DNA from: an uncultured Methanomicrobiales archaeon
GTDB taxonomy: Archaea; Halobacteriota; Methanomicrobia; Methanomicrobiales; Methanospirillaceae
Length of the DNA: 64,000 nucleotides
Direction: 5' to 3'
NCBI GenBank assembly: GCA_963758915.1
Contig: CAVWXH010000003.1
Location: 128,001-192,000, forward strand
Positions 50,019 to 61,259 of the stretch are shown piece after piece. Each line of letters opens with the position of its first letter. Positions within the stretch are counted from its first letter, which is position 1. A program made the position numbers and the translations under genes. The notes beneath the pieces were generated by a model. The model ran no database searches and was not told the DNA's origin. It saw only the letters and a list, made by a program, of their open reading frames with translations.

Positions 50019-50420
50019 ATGGCAAAGATTACCCTGAACCTTATTTCCGGCCGGACTATATCCCAGGGTGTGGCGATGGAGGGAGGAAAAGAGAAAGACC
50101 TCTATCGCAAAGCCTGCGGGATTATTGAGATGGACGATTCTGACTTCAAGAAGCTCGGGTGCTGGAAAAATACCAATGTCCGCGTGACCAGCCCGTATGG
50201 CACCGTCATTGTAAAAGCACAGGAGACCTCCCAGGGACCACACCCTGGTGTTGGTTTTATCCCCATGGGACCCTGGGCCAACCTGATCGTTAACCCGAAC
50301 ACGTACTCGACCGGTATGCCCACATTCAAGGGAATACCCGTTGAGGTTGAAGTCGCAATGGACCAGCCTATCCTTCTCGGCGTTGAACTTGTACAGAAAG
50401 CATGCAGGGGTGAATCCTGA
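50019..50420 (+). CDS. fwdD: Formylmethanofuran dehydrogenase subunit D
   Basis: SGRTISQG, FIPMGPWAN and TGMPTFKG motifs. Confidence 0.93.
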   Translation: MAKITLNLISGRTISQGVAMEGGKEKDLYRKACGIIEMDDSDFKKLGCWKNTNVRVTSPYGTVIVKAQETSQGPHPGVGFIPMGPWANLIVNPNTYSTGMPTFKGIPVEVEVAMDQPILLGVELVQKACRGES

Positions 50421-51736
50421 TGACAAAGACAGTTACTGATGTTGTGTGCCCATTCTGCGGTACCCTCTGTGACGATCTCGAGGTCGCAGTTACCGATGAC
50501 GGTAAACAGATCCTCGACGTGTACAATGCCTGTGCAATTGGTGCAGAAAAATTCCTGCATTCACAGGCAAAAGACCGGATCACCAGGCCGAGACTCCAGC
50601 AGCCGGACGGGACCTGGAAAGAGATCAGCTACGACGAGGCGGCAGATTACACGGCAAAAATGCTTGCCGGTGCAAAGAAACCGCTGATGTACGGGTGGAG
50701 CTCGGTCAATTGTGAAGCCCAGAGCGTTGGAAACGAGATCGCAGAGATGTGCCGTGCATGTGTTGATAATACGGCAGCAGTCTGCCACGGCACCACCCTG
50801 ATTGCAGTGCAGGACATAGGCCTGCCTACCTGCACCCTTGGTGAAGTAAAGAACCGGGCTGACACCATTATCTTCTGGGGATGCAACCCCTGTCACGCCC
50901 ACCCACGCCACATGTCCCGGTACTCGATATTCCCACGTGGATTCTTCACCGGAAAAGGACATAAAAGCCGTAAACTGGTGGTAGTTGACCCCCGTGTCAC
51001 CGACACCGCCAAGATGGCAGATATTCACCTCCAGGTCACCCAGGGACAGGACTACGAACTCCTCAACGCCTTCCGTGTTGCATTCAAAAACGAATGGCTG
51101 CCGGATGTCGTAGCAGGTATACCAAAAGAGAAGATCATCGAGGCTGCAAATATCATGAAGGCAGGCCGGTTCGGGATCATCTTCTTCGGTATGGGTGTTA
51201 CCCAGTCGCTTGGAAAGAACCACAATATCGATGAGGCAATCGCGGTCACAAAAGACCTCAACGAATACACGAAATTCTCCATCATGCCAATGCGTGGTCA
51301 CTACAATGTGACAGGCTCCGGAGAGGTCCTCGCATGGCAGTTCGGGTACCCGTATTCCGTTGACCTTACCCGCGGGTTCCCGCGGTATAACCCGGGCGAC
51401 ACGAGCTCTATCGACCTCCTTACCCGTGGTGAAATTGATGCAGCATTTGTTATCGGAAGCGATCCGGGAGCACATTTCCCAATCAGTGCCGTCAAGAAGA
51501 TTTCACAGGTCAATTCAGTATGCATCGATCCCCACATCACACCGACCAGCGGTGTCTCAAAACTTCATGTGCCGGTTGCATTCAATGGTGTTGAGACCGG
51601 TGGAAACGCATACCGCATGGATAACGTCCCAATCGACTGCCGTAAGGTCGTGGATCCTCCGGAGGGCATGCTCACCGATGAAGAGTTCCTGACAATGGTC
51701 CGCGATCGTGTGAAGAAACTCAAGGGGGTCGCATAA
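50420..51736 (+). CDS. fwdB: Formylmethanofuran dehydrogenase subunit B (Cys-type)
   Basis: CPFCGTLCDD, VCHG (Cys, not Sec), HPRHMSRY, MRGHYNV and YRMDNV motifs. Confidence 0.96.
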   Translation: MTKTVTDVVCPFCGTLCDDLEVAVTDDGKQILDVYNACAIGAEKFLHSQAKDRITRPRLQQPDGTWKEISYDEAADYTAKMLAGAKKPLMYGWSSVNCEAQSVGNEIAEMCRACVDNTAAVCHGTTLIAVQDIGLPTCTLGEVKNRADTIIFWGCNPCHAHPRHMSRYSIFPRGFFTGKGHKSRKLVVVDPRVTDTAKMADIHLQVTQGQDYELLNAFRVAFKNEWLPDVVAGIPKEKIIEAANIMKAGRFGIIFFGMGVTQSLGKNHNIDEAIAVTKDLNEYTKFSIMPMRGHYNVTGSGEVLAWQFGYPYSVDLTRGFPRYNPGDTSSIDLLTRGEIDAAFVIGSDPGAHFPISAVKKISQVNSVCIDPHITPTSGVSKLHVPVAFNGVETGGNAYRMDNVPIDCRKVVDPPEGMLTDEEFLTMVRDRVKKLKGVA

Positions 51737-51738
51737 TT

Positions 51739-53450
51739 ATGGCAGAATATATCATTAAAAACGGATTTGTATTTGACCCCGTCCAGGGTATCAAGGGCGA
51801 TAAGTCCGATGTTGCCATCAAGGATGGTAAAATCGTCAAGGACGTCTCAAAATCTGCAAAGGTCATCGATGCCGCAGGAAAGACGGTAATGGCCGGTGCA
51901 GTGGAGATCCACGCCCATATCGCAGGCCCGAAGGTGAACCTCGGCCGGATCTACCGTCCGGAAGACAAACTCTTCACCTGTACTGCAACCAAGGGAATTG
52001 AACGGACAGGCTCCGGGAACTCGATCCCGAGCACCTTCAAGACAGGCTACGAATATGCCAAGATGGGTTACACGACGGCATGGAGGCAGCAATGCCACCC
52101 ATGTTCTCACGCCACGTGCATGAGGAGATCCGGGACACCCCGATCATTGACGAGGGTGCATTCCCTGTCTTCGGCAACAACTGGTTCGTGATGGAGTACC
52201 TGAAAAACAACGAGGTAGAGAACACCGCTGCGTATATCGCCTGGCTGCTCCGTGCAACCAAGGGATACGCCGTCAAGGTCGTCAACCCCGGTGGCACCGA
52301 AGCATGGGGATGGGGACTGAACTGTCTCTCGATCCATGACCCGGTACCCGTACTTCGATATCACCCCGGCAGAAATTGTGAAGGGGCTTATCGAGGCAAA
52401 CGAGTACCTCGGTCTCCCGCACTCGATGCACATCCACCCGAATAACCTCGGGAACCCCGGATGTTACCAGACAACCCTGGACACCCTGAACCTCGCAGAC
52501 GGCTACAAGGCAAAGAACAAGTTCGGTCGTGAGCAGGTCATGCACATTACCCACATGCAGTTCCATTCCTACGGTGGAGAGAACTGGGGTAATTTCGAGT
52601 CCAAGGCCACAGAGATCATGAACCACGTGAACAGTCACAAGAACCTCACGATTGACACGGGTAATGTTACTCTCGACGAGACCACCACCATGACAGCCGA
52701 CGGTCCGTTCGAGCACCACCTGACAGGTCTCAACCACCTGAAGTGGGCAAACTGTGACGTGGAACTCGAGACTGCAGCCGGTGTCGTGCCGTATATCTAC
52801 AGCCCTGATATCAAGGTCTGCGCAATCCAGTGGTCAATCGGTCTTGAACTTGCACTCCTCGCAAAAGACCCGATGCGTTGTTTCATTACGACTGATCACC
52901 CGAATGCAGGACCATTCACCCGGTACCCCCGTGTCTTCAAGTGGCTGATGTCAGAGAAGGCCCGTAACGAGCGGCTCAACACCTTCAAGAATGCTGACAA
53001 GGTAATCGCTGCATCAACACTGTCAGCCTTGACCGTGAGATCACGCTCTACGAGCTTGCCCAGATGACCCGTGCAGGGCCGGCAAAGTCCCTCGGACTTG
53101 CCAGTATCTGTGGTGGCTTAAAACCAGGCATGGACGCAGACGTTGCAGTGTATGATTTCAACCCGGACAAGCCACTAGCTGACCCCGAAATGATTGAGAC
53201 TGCATTCTCACGTGCGGCATATGTCTTCAAGAGTGGTGTGCAGGTTGTCACTCATGGTGACATCGTGAGCACCGGTAACAAGCGTACCCTCTGGGTCGAT
53301 GCCAAGGTAAAGGACAACCCGCAGGTAATGCGTGATATCAGGGAGAAATTCCTGAAGTATTATAGCATGACCCAGGCAAACTACGAATCACTCGGGCACC
53401 ACTTCGTCCCGAATCCATTTGCATTAGAGGTTGATGCAACCCAGGTGTAG
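51739..53450 (+). CDS. fwdA: Formylmethanofuran dehydrogenase subunit A (frameshifts at ~52075, ~52345 and ~53030)
   Basis: Collinear pieces: HAHIAG, YAKMGYT/EAAMPP, KVVNPGG, HIHPNNLG.PG, TDHPN.GPF and MTRAGPAK. Confidence 0.93.
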
Positions 53451-53459
53451 GTGTAGAAC

Positions 53460-54261
53460 ATGGAAACCGTAACAATCACCATGAAAAACCCTCCGGCGTT
53501 GTACCTCGAAGCAGAACACATCTGCCCGGATGAATTTGCGGGAAAAACAGCCGCACAGATCGCAGAACTCCATGTATACGAAGGGAATACGAAATATACA
53601 CTGGGCAAGTATTTCGAAGTCTCCGGGAATGCAGGGGCAACAGCCGCAGAGACGAAGATCGTTGTCAGGGGCGATGTGAAGAAAGTCAAGTACATCGGCA
53701 TGAAGATGAGTGCCGGTGAGGTCGTCGTCGAAGGCAGCACCGACCTGTATGCCGGCGCATGGATGTCCGGCGGCAGGATGCTTGTCAAAGGCGATATCCA
53801 GGCCTTTGCAGCAACAGGCAATGAAAGGCGGGGAACTCATTATTGAGGGGAACGCCGGCAATTACCTTGGTGCTGCATACCGCGGCGACTGGCGTGGCAT
53901 GTCCGGCGGGAAGATCCTCGTAAAGGGGAACGCCGGCAGTGATGTTGGCATGTACATGACGGGTGGTGAGATGGTCATCAACGGGAACGTGGATGTCCAC
54001 CTTGCGACCCATGCGGAAGGCGGGAAAATCATCGTCAAAGGAAACACACCAGGCAAAGTTGCAGGACAGATGGTGGAGGGAGATGTCATCATCTTCGGTA
54101 CCATCGATGTGATGATGCCGGGTTTCAAGTATGTCGATGATGTAGACCTTGAAGTCGAGGGAACCACCGCAAAATTTGCCCACTATATTGGCGACACCGG
54201 CGAACGCCACAAGAAAAGAAAAGGACAGATGGTATACGGTAACTTATACCAGAAAATCTGA
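53460..54261 (+). CDS. fwdC: Formylmethanofuran dehydrogenase subunit C (frameshift at ~53815)
   Basis: GxxMxxG beta-helix repeats and AYRGDWRGMSGG. Confidence 0.93.
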
Positions 54262-54301
54262 TCTTTTTCACCAAAAGAGCGCACTGCAAATTCATACAAT
54301 T

Positions 54302-54470
54302 GAAGTATTAACATAATACTTCGTAATACTATTTTTACTTTTATTCATACCAACTTTATTGATGATTCCGAATATGGGGGTAATATTTGAATATTCCCCC
54401 ATTATAAGTAATTATTTTAATAGTATTATATTAAAATTTAAAAATAAAAAACACAACACTTATATTAAGA
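54302..54470 (+). promoter_or_regulatory. AT-rich mcr promoter region with two inverted repeats and a TATA box
   Basis: GAAGTATTA-aca-TAATACTTC (54302-54322), ATGGGGG-t-AATATT-tg-AATATT-CCCCCAT (54374-54402), and TTATATTAA at ~54460. Confidence 0.6.
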
Positions 54471-54606
54471 GTATATGAATATACAACTGTCCCATGAGGG
54501 GACGTGCAATAGTGACCGTCAACCTGCATCCGTGAGCCGTGGCGCTCATACACTCTCAGTGAACGTATTGTACAATTTGGTAAACGTAAATTAACGGAGG
54601 AAAATT

Positions 54607-55922
54607 ATGGCAAAATACAAGGAAACAATTGACCTTTATGACGATGAGGGGAAGCTGCTCAAGAGTGGCGTCACCCTTGAAAAAATCAGCCCACTGGTCA
54701 ACCCGGGGATGAAGAAGATCATCGACCTGACCAAGAGAACGGTCGCAGTCAACTTCGCCGGTATCGATGAGGCATTGAAGACCGGAAAGGTCGGCGGCAA
54801 GAGCAACCAGATCCTTGGGCGCACCATGAAAGTGGACTGTGTCAAGGACAGCGATGCACTCTCAGCCAAGATCAAGGAAATGGTCGAAGTCACCGCCGGT
54901 GACAACACCAAGATCACCAAGGTCGGCGGCGGCAAGATGATCCTCGTCGAGTGCCCGTCAGCCCGTCTTGACTCAGCAGCAACCTATGATGCAGCCTCAA
55001 CGGCAGTTGCAGCAGCAACCACCTATGCACTGATGGAACAGTACAAGGTCGACATGTTCGACATGTCGATGGTCAAGGCAGCAGTCTGGGGTACCTACCC
55101 GCAGACAATGGACATGCAGGGCGGCAATGTCGTCTCAATCCTGTCCATCCCACAGAACAACGAAGGTCTCGGGTACGCACTCCGTAACATCCCTGCGAAC
55201 CACGCAGCAATGATGACCCACCGGAATGCAATCCAGGGTGCAGCACTTTCGTCCATATTCGAGCAGGCCGGAGAGTTCGAGATGGGTGCCGCAATCGGCC
55301 CCTTCGAGCGTGCACAGCTCCTGCTTCTCGCATACCAGGGACTTAATGCAAACAACCTCGTCTACGACCTCGTCAAGAAGAACGGCAAGACAGGAACTAT
55401 CGGTACCGTCGTCCAGAGCCTTGTAGAGAGGGCACTTGAGGACAAGGTCATCAAGGCAGGAAAGAAGGCCAAGAGCGGTTACACATTCATGGACACCAAG
55501 GACCCAATGATGTGGAATGCCTACGCCTCAGCAGGAACCCTTGCAGCAACCATGGTAAACTGTGGTGCAGGACGTTTCGCACAGGCAGTATCTGCAACCC
55601 TGTCTGTACTTCAACGACCTGCTCGAGCATGAGACCGGCCTCCCAGGCTCTGACTTCGGTCGTGCAATGGGTGTCGCAGTCGGGTTCTCATTCTTCAGCC
55701 ACTCGATCTATGGTGGCGGTGGCCCAGGGGTCTTCAACGGTAACCACGTCGTGACCCGTCACGCCGCCGGTGTTGGTATGCCCTGTATCGTCGCAGCATG
55801 TTGTCTCGACGCAGGTACCCAGATGTTCGGCCCAGAAGCCACATCGAAGATCTACGCAGGACACCTTCGGCCAGATTGAAGAGTTCAAGAAGCCGATGCA
55901 GTCAGTTGCGAAAGTTGTATAA
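54607..55922 (+). CDS. mcrB: Methyl-coenzyme M reductase beta subunit (frameshifts at ~55600 and ~55857)
   Basis: [27 protein letters not shown] and [25 protein letters not shown] motifs. Confidence 0.96.
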
Positions 55923-55939
55923 CTTCATTAAGGATTCGA

Positions 55940-56410
55940 ATGACAGATGCCAAATATCCTCAGGTAAGGATCGTCACCGAGCGTTTACTCAACCCGGAAA
56001 CCGTGGAACGTCTCCTCAACCAGATTGTTACCGTGGAAGGAATCCGGAGGATCATCCTGAATGGTCCCCGGCTGCCTTCCACGGTCCCTTACGGGCCTGC
56101 CCGTAATGTAACAAATCCTCATTCCATGAGAGGAATGATCAAGGTTGGCGAACAGGAGATGGAACTCGCCGTTCATGTTGGAACATTACTGCTCGAACTT
56201 GAAAGCCGCGATGTGATTCCATCACTCAAGGCTGCATGTGACCCGGTCTTTACCGAGTTTACGTACCGGATCCAGGAAGGACGGTATATGAAGACGGAAC
56301 CATCACTGTCTGACTATGCAAAATACGGACCGGATGCGGATAAGAGTATTATCGGAATGGCGGATCCGAAAAGCAAAACGGGCCCCGTAATTCTACAGGG
56401 AATAAAATAA
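55940..56410 (+). CDS. mcrD: MCR operon protein D
   Basis: RLLNPET.E.LLN, GPRLP..VPYGPAR and SDYAKYG motifs. Confidence 0.94.
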   Translation: MTDAKYPQVRIVTERLLNPETVERLLNQIVTVEGIRRIILNGPRLPSTVPYGPARNVTNPHSMRGMIKVGEQEMELAVHVGTLLLELESRDVIPSLKAACDPVFTEFTYRIQEGRYMKTEPSLSDYAKYGPDADKSIIGMADPKSKTGPVILQGIK

Positions 56411-56412
56411 CT

Positions 56413-57051
56413 ATGCCGATGGGAAGAGTTACCCAGGTTGTCGATTGCCGCGAGGCGATGGGCATGGGAAAAGGTGGTGGAATAGCCCAGCGTGGGACTA
56501 TATCAGAATGCCGTTACCCGGATGTTATCGTGGTCGGCATGTCCCCGGGACGGCGCCATGTCACCAAGCCCGTGTGCGATATCACCTCAGCACTCAGACA
56601 ACAGGGGATCGAGTACAGTATCAGTACCCTGGTGCTGAACGCCGGAAGCGGCGTACCACCCGATGCACAGCATATTGGCGGTGGCGTACTCGGAGCATAT
56701 TTCGGCATAACCGATAAAGAGATCCGGCAGATCGAGAAGCATAAACTAGCCATTCTGCACCATGGAAATGTACGCTCCCATGTAGTCCACAAGGTGAGAT
56801 ATATTCTCCAGGCATGCGATATCAGGGCAGTCGTGGTCTCCCAGGCCCCGATTGACTTTGAAGATCTCGCAAAGGAAGGCGTAAAGACTGCGGTGGTAAT
56901 GCCCCCCGCGGATAAGGTGAAGACCAGGGGCACCGTCATGGCAATTGTCAGCGGTGTTACACGAGGTCAGACACCAACACGTGAAAAAATGGCAGAAGTC
57001 ATTCATGCAGTAATGAAATTAATGAAATCTGAAAAAAATCAGGAGAGATAA
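56413..57051 (+). CDS. mcrC: MCR operon protein C
   Basis: VVDCRE.MGMGKGGGIAQRGT, RRHVTKPVCDIT and LNAGSGVP motifs. Confidence 0.95.
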   Translation: MPMGRVTQVVDCREAMGMGKGGGIAQRGTISECRYPDVIVVGMSPGRRHVTKPVCDITSALRQQGIEYSISTLVLNAGSGVPPDAQHIGGGVLGAYFGITDKEIRQIEKHKLAILHHGNVRSHVVHKVRYILQACDIRAVVVSQAPIDFEDLAKEGVKTAVVMPPADKVKTRGTVMAIVSGVTRGQTPTREKMAEVIHAVMKLMKSEKNQER

Positions 57052-57054
57052 AAC

Positions 57055-57819
57055 ATGGCTTACAAACCACAGTATGGACCTGGTTCATCCACTGTCGCCG
57101 CAAACAGGCGCAAGTACATGGACCCGGATCAGAAGCTGGAAAAGGTCCGCGATGTGACCGATGAAGATATCGTACTGATCCTCGGGCACCGTGCACCAGG
57201 GTCTGCATACAAGACTGCCCACCCCCCGCTTGCAGAACAAACGGAACCAGCATGTCCAATCAGGAAACTCGTGACCCCGACAGACGGCGCAAAGGCCGGG
57301 GACCGCATCCGTTACATCCAGTTCGCTGACTCGATGTACAATGCACCCTGCCAGCCATACCTCAGGTCCTACCTCGAGGCATACAAGTTCCGTGGCATTG
57401 ACCCAGGTACCCTTTCAGGACGTCAGATCCTCGAATGCCGTGAGAGAGACCTTGAAAAATACTCCAAGGAACTCGTCAACACCGTACTCTTTGACCCGGC
57501 ACTGACCGGTGTCCGTGGTGCAACCGTGCACGGTCACTCACTCCGTCTCGCAGAAGACGGGATGATGTTCGACATGCTCCAGCGCTGCGTCCTCGACAAG
57601 AAGAGCGGCATTGTAAAATACGTCAAGAACCAGATTGGTGAGCCCCTCGACAAGGAAGTCAAGGTCGGAAAGCCAATGGATGCAAAGTGGCTCAAGGCAC
57701 ATTCAGGTATCTTCCACTCACTCGTCGGTGTAGCCTTCCGTGATGATGCAGAATATATCGAATATGTCCAGCGTGTCCACTCGCTGAGGACCAAATACGG
57801 CTTCATGCCAAAGGAGTGA
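57055..57819 (+). CDS. mcrG: Methyl-coenzyme M reductase gamma subunit
   Basis: [19 protein letters not shown] and [18 protein letters not shown] motifs. Confidence 0.97.
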   Translation: MAYKPQYGPGSSTVAANRRKYMDPDQKLEKVRDVTDEDIVLILGHRAPGSAYKTAHPPLAEQTEPACPIRKLVTPTDGAKAGDRIRYIQFADSMYNAPCQPYLRSYLEAYKFRGIDPGTLSGRQILECRERDLEKYSKELVNTVLFDPALTGVRGATVHGHSLRLAEDGMMFDMLQRCVLDKKSGIVKYVKNQIGEPLDKEVKVGKPMDAKWLKAHSGIFHSLVGVAFRDDAEYIEYVQRVHSLRTKYGFMPKE

Positions 57820-57824
57820 TTGAA

Positions 57825-59510
57825 ATGGCAACAAAGAAAATCGAAAGAACCCAGAAGCTCTTCCTGAAGGCGCTCAAGACAAAATTCGCAGAGGACCCAC
57901 AGGCAACCCAGACCGTGTTCGCACGTGAAGGCCTGAAACAGTCCAAGAACAAGATGGATTTCGTCAAGGAAGGCCAGAAGGTAGCAATGGAACGTGGAAT
58001 CAGCCAGTACGACCCAATCCGCTGCCACCTTGGTGGTATCCCGCTCGGTCAGCGCCAGCTGATGACCTACGAAGTCTCCAACACCGGTGTCTTCGTTGAG
58101 GGTGATGACCTCCACTTCGTCAACAACGCTGCCATGCAGCAGATGTGGGACGACATCAGGAGGACCATCATCGTAGGACTCGACCTCGCTCACCAGACCC
58201 TCCAGAAGCGTCTCGGTAAGGAAGTCACCCCTGAGACCATCAACGAGTACCTCCACGTACTGAACCACGCAATGCCCGGTGCAGCCGTCGTTCAGGAACA
58301 CATGGTCGAGACTCACCCATCCCTCGTTGACGACTGTTACGTCAAGGTATTTACCGGCGACGACGAGATGGCAGACGACATCGAGCCACAGTTCCTGATC
58401 AACGTTGAGAAGCTCTTCCCAGGCAAGAGTGCAGAGGCACTCAAGGCCGCAGTCGGCAAGTCAATGTACCAGGCAGTTCACATCCCAACAACCGTATCAA
58501 GGACCTGCGATGGTGGGACCACCTCAAGATGGTCAGCCATGCAGATCGGTATGTCATTCATCGGAGCCTACCACATGTGCGCCGGTGAAGCAGCAACCGC
58601 AGACCTTGCATACGCCGCAAAGCACGCCGGTGTCATCCAGATGGCCGACATCCTGCCAGCCCGCCGTGCCCGTGGTCCAAACGAGCCCGGTGGTATCAAG
58701 TTCGGTCACTTCGCCGATATGATCCAGGGCGACCGCAAGTACCCGAACGACCCGGTCCGTGCAGCCCTTGAGGTTGTCGGTGCAGGAGCAATGCTCTTCG
58801 ACCAGATCTGGCTCGGGTCCTACATGTCCGGTGGTGTCGGGTTCACACAGTATGCAACCGCAGCATACACCGACAACATCCTCGACGACTACACCTACTA
58901 CGGTATGGACTATGTAAAGTCCAAGTACGGTGGAGCCGGCAAGGTACCATGCAAGCAGGACGCAGTCAACGATGTTGCAACTGAAGTCACGCTCTATGGT
59001 ATGGAACAGTACGAACAGTACCCGACTGCACTCGAGACCCACTTCGGTGGCTCACAGCGTGCATCCGTACTCGCAGCAGCAGCAGGTCTGTCAGCTTCAA
59101 TCGGTACCGGAAACTCCAATGCCGGTCTGAACGCCTGGTACATGTCGATGCTCCTGCACAAGGAAGGATGGTCACGTCTCGGCTTCTTCGGCTACGACCT
59201 GCAGGACCAGTGCGGTTCAGCAAACTCGATGGCTATCAGAGGCGACGAGGGTTGTATCGGAGAACTCCGTGGACCAAACTACCCGAACTACGCAATGAAC
59301 GTCGGTCACCAGGGAGAGTACGCAGCAATTGCAGCCGCAGCTCACTACGGACGCAAGGACGCATGGACCCTCAGCCCCCTGATCAAGATCTGTTTCGCAG
59401 ACCCCTCGCTCAAGTTCGACTTCTCCGAACCACGCAGAGAGTTCGCAAAGGGTGCAATCCGCGAGTTCATGCCCGCCGGAGAGCGCTCACTGATCATACC
59501 AGCAAGGTAA
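57825..59510 (+). CDS. mcrA: Methyl-coenzyme M reductase alpha subunit
   Basis: [54 protein letters not shown] and NYAMNVGHQ motifs. Confidence 0.98.
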   Translation: MATKKIERTQKLFLKALKTKFAEDPQATQTVFAREGLKQSKNKMDFVKEGQKVAMERGISQYDPIRCHLGGIPLGQRQLMTYEVSNTGVFVEGDDLHFVNNAAMQQMWDDIRRTIIVGLDLAHQTLQKRLGKEVTPETINEYLHVLNHAMPGAAVVQEHMVETHPSLVDDCYVKVFTGDDEMADDIEPQFLINVEKLFPGKSAEALKAAVGKSMYQAVHIPTTVSRTCDGGTTSRWSAMQIGMSFIGAYHMCAGEAATADLAYAAKHAGVIQMADILPARRARGPNEPGGIKFGHFADMIQGDRKYPNDPVRAALEVVGAGAMLFDQIWLGSYMSGGVGFTQYATAAYTDNILDDYTYYGMDYVKSKYGGAGKVPCKQDAVNDVATEVTLYGMEQYEQYPTALETHFGGSQRASVLAAAAGLSASIGTGNSNAGLNAWYMSMLLHKEGWSRLGFFGYDLQDQCGSANSMAIRGDEGCIGELRGPNYPNYAMNVGHQGEYAAIAAAAHYGRKDAWTLSPLIKICFADPSLKFDFSEPRREFAKGAIREFMPAGERSLIIPAR

Positions 59511-59521
59511 GATCAATTCAT

Positions 59522-59542
59522 CCATTTTTTTTCCTTTTTTTG
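59522..59542 (+). terminator. Oligo-T terminator after mcrA
   Basis: ccattttttttcctttttttg lies just after the stop codon. Confidence 0.6.
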
Positions 59543-59882
59543 CGTAATCACTTTCCCACAAACACCGCCCCCTCCCTGTTCCTGCCATCCAGCACCACTA
59601 ATACCGATCGTAACAGGCCATGTGAAAAAAGCGGGATTCTGACACTTGTTAATTATTCCGGGAATTTTGTGATGTGCCAACGGAACTAAATTATTGTTGA
59701 AATTATTGGTTTGGTACTTCACCCGGTTGATTACCATCTTTACCCAGATGATTACCGAACGCGTTAGTATCAGAGTGGAATTAGCTGGAATTATCCTCAT
59801 TATCCTGATAACCAGGATGTGTGGGGGGATTGTAAATTGAATGCATGAAAAAAACAGAGAATATCGGATTAATTCCCCCTAA

Positions 59883-60062
59883 CTATTTACATGGATATAT
59901 ATCATCGGTATCTGAGACGACAGTTTCGCCCCAATACAACCAGTTCCGATAGATGATTGGGGTGATAATTGTCGTGACAAGACTCATCATGACAAGGGCA
60001 ACGTAAATATTCTGGTCGATGATCCCCTGCTGGAGCCCGATCAATGCGACGATCATGGCCTC
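59883..60062 (-). pseudogene. C-terminal fragment of a CPA2-type cation:proton antiporter
   Basis: Reads EAMIVALIGLQQGIIDQNIYVALVMMSLVTTIITPIIYRNW...*, with no upstream body. Confidence 0.6.
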
Positions 60063-60099
60063 AAATGGCTACCCTCATCCCATGTCGTGCAAGTCAAGC

Positions 60100-60350
60100 T
60101 TACACCAAACGAAGTCACATTCCTTTCGCAACTTGTCCAGCTTTTAAAGACCTTTTTCTTCATTTACCTCGGCATGTCGATTATCCTCAGCAATACAGAG
60201 GCGTTGAAGATCGGGCTCGTTATTACCCTGATCCTGTTTGTTACGAGAATCCTGATCGTACGGTTTTTCATCCCGAAATCCATTCCATTCTGGGATGCGA
60301 GCATTATGGCAGTTATGATCCCGGAAAGGGCTTGCCGGTGCGGTCCTCGC
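60100..60350 (+). pseudogene. Internal fragment of a CPA1/NhaP-type antiporter
   Basis: LLKTFFFIYLGM...LFVTR...VMIP(K)GLAGAVLA after a 1-bp repair. Confidence 0.55.
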
Positions 60351-60495
60351 CGCAAACGACGAACTTCTGGATGATACCGCCCTTGCCTTGCGGACGGATA
60401 AAGGACTGGTCATCATCACCGGTTGTTCGCCCTCGGGGATTTGCAATATCACAGAACACGCAAAAATGGTATGTGAAGAGGACCGTGTTATAGTT
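60351..60495 (+). pseudogene. Internal fragment of an MBL-fold metallo-hydrolase
   Basis: DELLDDTALALRTDKGLVIITGCSPSGICNI, where the family motif is GCSH.GI.N. Confidence 0.55.
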
Positions 60496-60658
60496 TGGAT
60501 TATCCTGCCCCGGACGTATTTCCGAAATATCAAAAATTGCGTACGGGTAACAAAAAAGCAACTTGTGACATGCCGGGTCAGTAATCTTTTTTGCCGGGCC
60601 TGAACTATCAACAAAATGGGCAGCAATATTCTGCACCATTAGATCATGTTTTTACTCA

Positions 60659-60677
60659 TTATGCGCATATGTGTAAT
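60659..60677. promoter_or_regulatory. Palindromic operator candidate (site 1)
   Basis: TTATGCGCATATGTGTAAT; 18 of 19 bases identical to 63059-63077. Confidence 0.65.
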
Positions 60678-60713
60678 TATAGTGCGGGCAACCGTACACC
60701 AAGGGTAGACACA

Positions 60714-60953
60714 ATGCCAGAACAAACAACAAACAAAACCAGCAACGAAGAATCAGTTACCCCCGTTCGAAGGGGTTGTATCGATGAAAACACCTGTGCT
60801 TGCGGAGAAACGCACGAGCACCATGAAGGTGATGGCAGCCACCGGGAAGCCTGCACGTCCCCGATGAAATTTGGAAACACCTGCTGCTGCGAACCTGGTG
60901 AAAACGCCGATAATGCGCCCCACCGCTGCGGGCACGGGCCCCGCTGCCGATAA
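60714..60953 (+). CDS. 79-aa Cys/His-rich metallothionein-like protein
   Basis: 9 Cys and 6 His (CAC, HEHH, CCC, HRCGH..RC) and almost no hydrophobic core; operator and TATA-like sequence lie directly upstream. Confidence 0.65.
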   Translation: MPEQTTNKTSNEESVTPVRRGCIDENTCACGETHEHHEGDGSHREACTSPMKFGNTCCCEPGENADNAPHRCGHGPRCR

Positions 60954-61259
60954 AAGGTACCCTTCACGAAATAGTGAGCGTGATATCAGATTATCGTGTA
61001 TTCCTGAATGAATGGAAATACTATACGCGGGTATTGATAGTAACAAGGGTTTTTCCGGTACCTGTTGTCCTTTTACAGAGCAACAAGTGATCGATGCAGG
61101 ACCCAAATCACCATACAGATTTTGAAGCAGAATGAATTTTCTGCTCCCACCGTTTTTTGAATTTCTACGCAGGAATTGTCAGGAAGGGCCCTTATCCTGC
61201 CATAACAGGTAGGAATGAATCGATAATAAGAGGGAAAAAATGTATGGCTCCAACTGCGT

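Noticed and set aside
50420-51736. Selenocysteine in FwdB, HdrA or MvhD
   Set aside because: All relevant positions are Cys codons, and there is no in-frame TGA.
51739-55922. Frameshifts in fwdA, fwdC and mcrB as programmed frameshifting or pseudogenisation
   Set aside because: These genes are essential and otherwise highly conserved. Single-base indels are scattered across the whole window without shared slippery motifs, which is typical of uncorrected long-read errors.
44361-59510. fwd-hdr-mvhD-mcr superoperon as a novelty; McrA as an alkane-activating variant
   Set aside because: This clustering and the Hdr-Fmd complex are known in Methanomicrobiales. McrA active-site motifs ([18 protein letters not shown]) are canonical.
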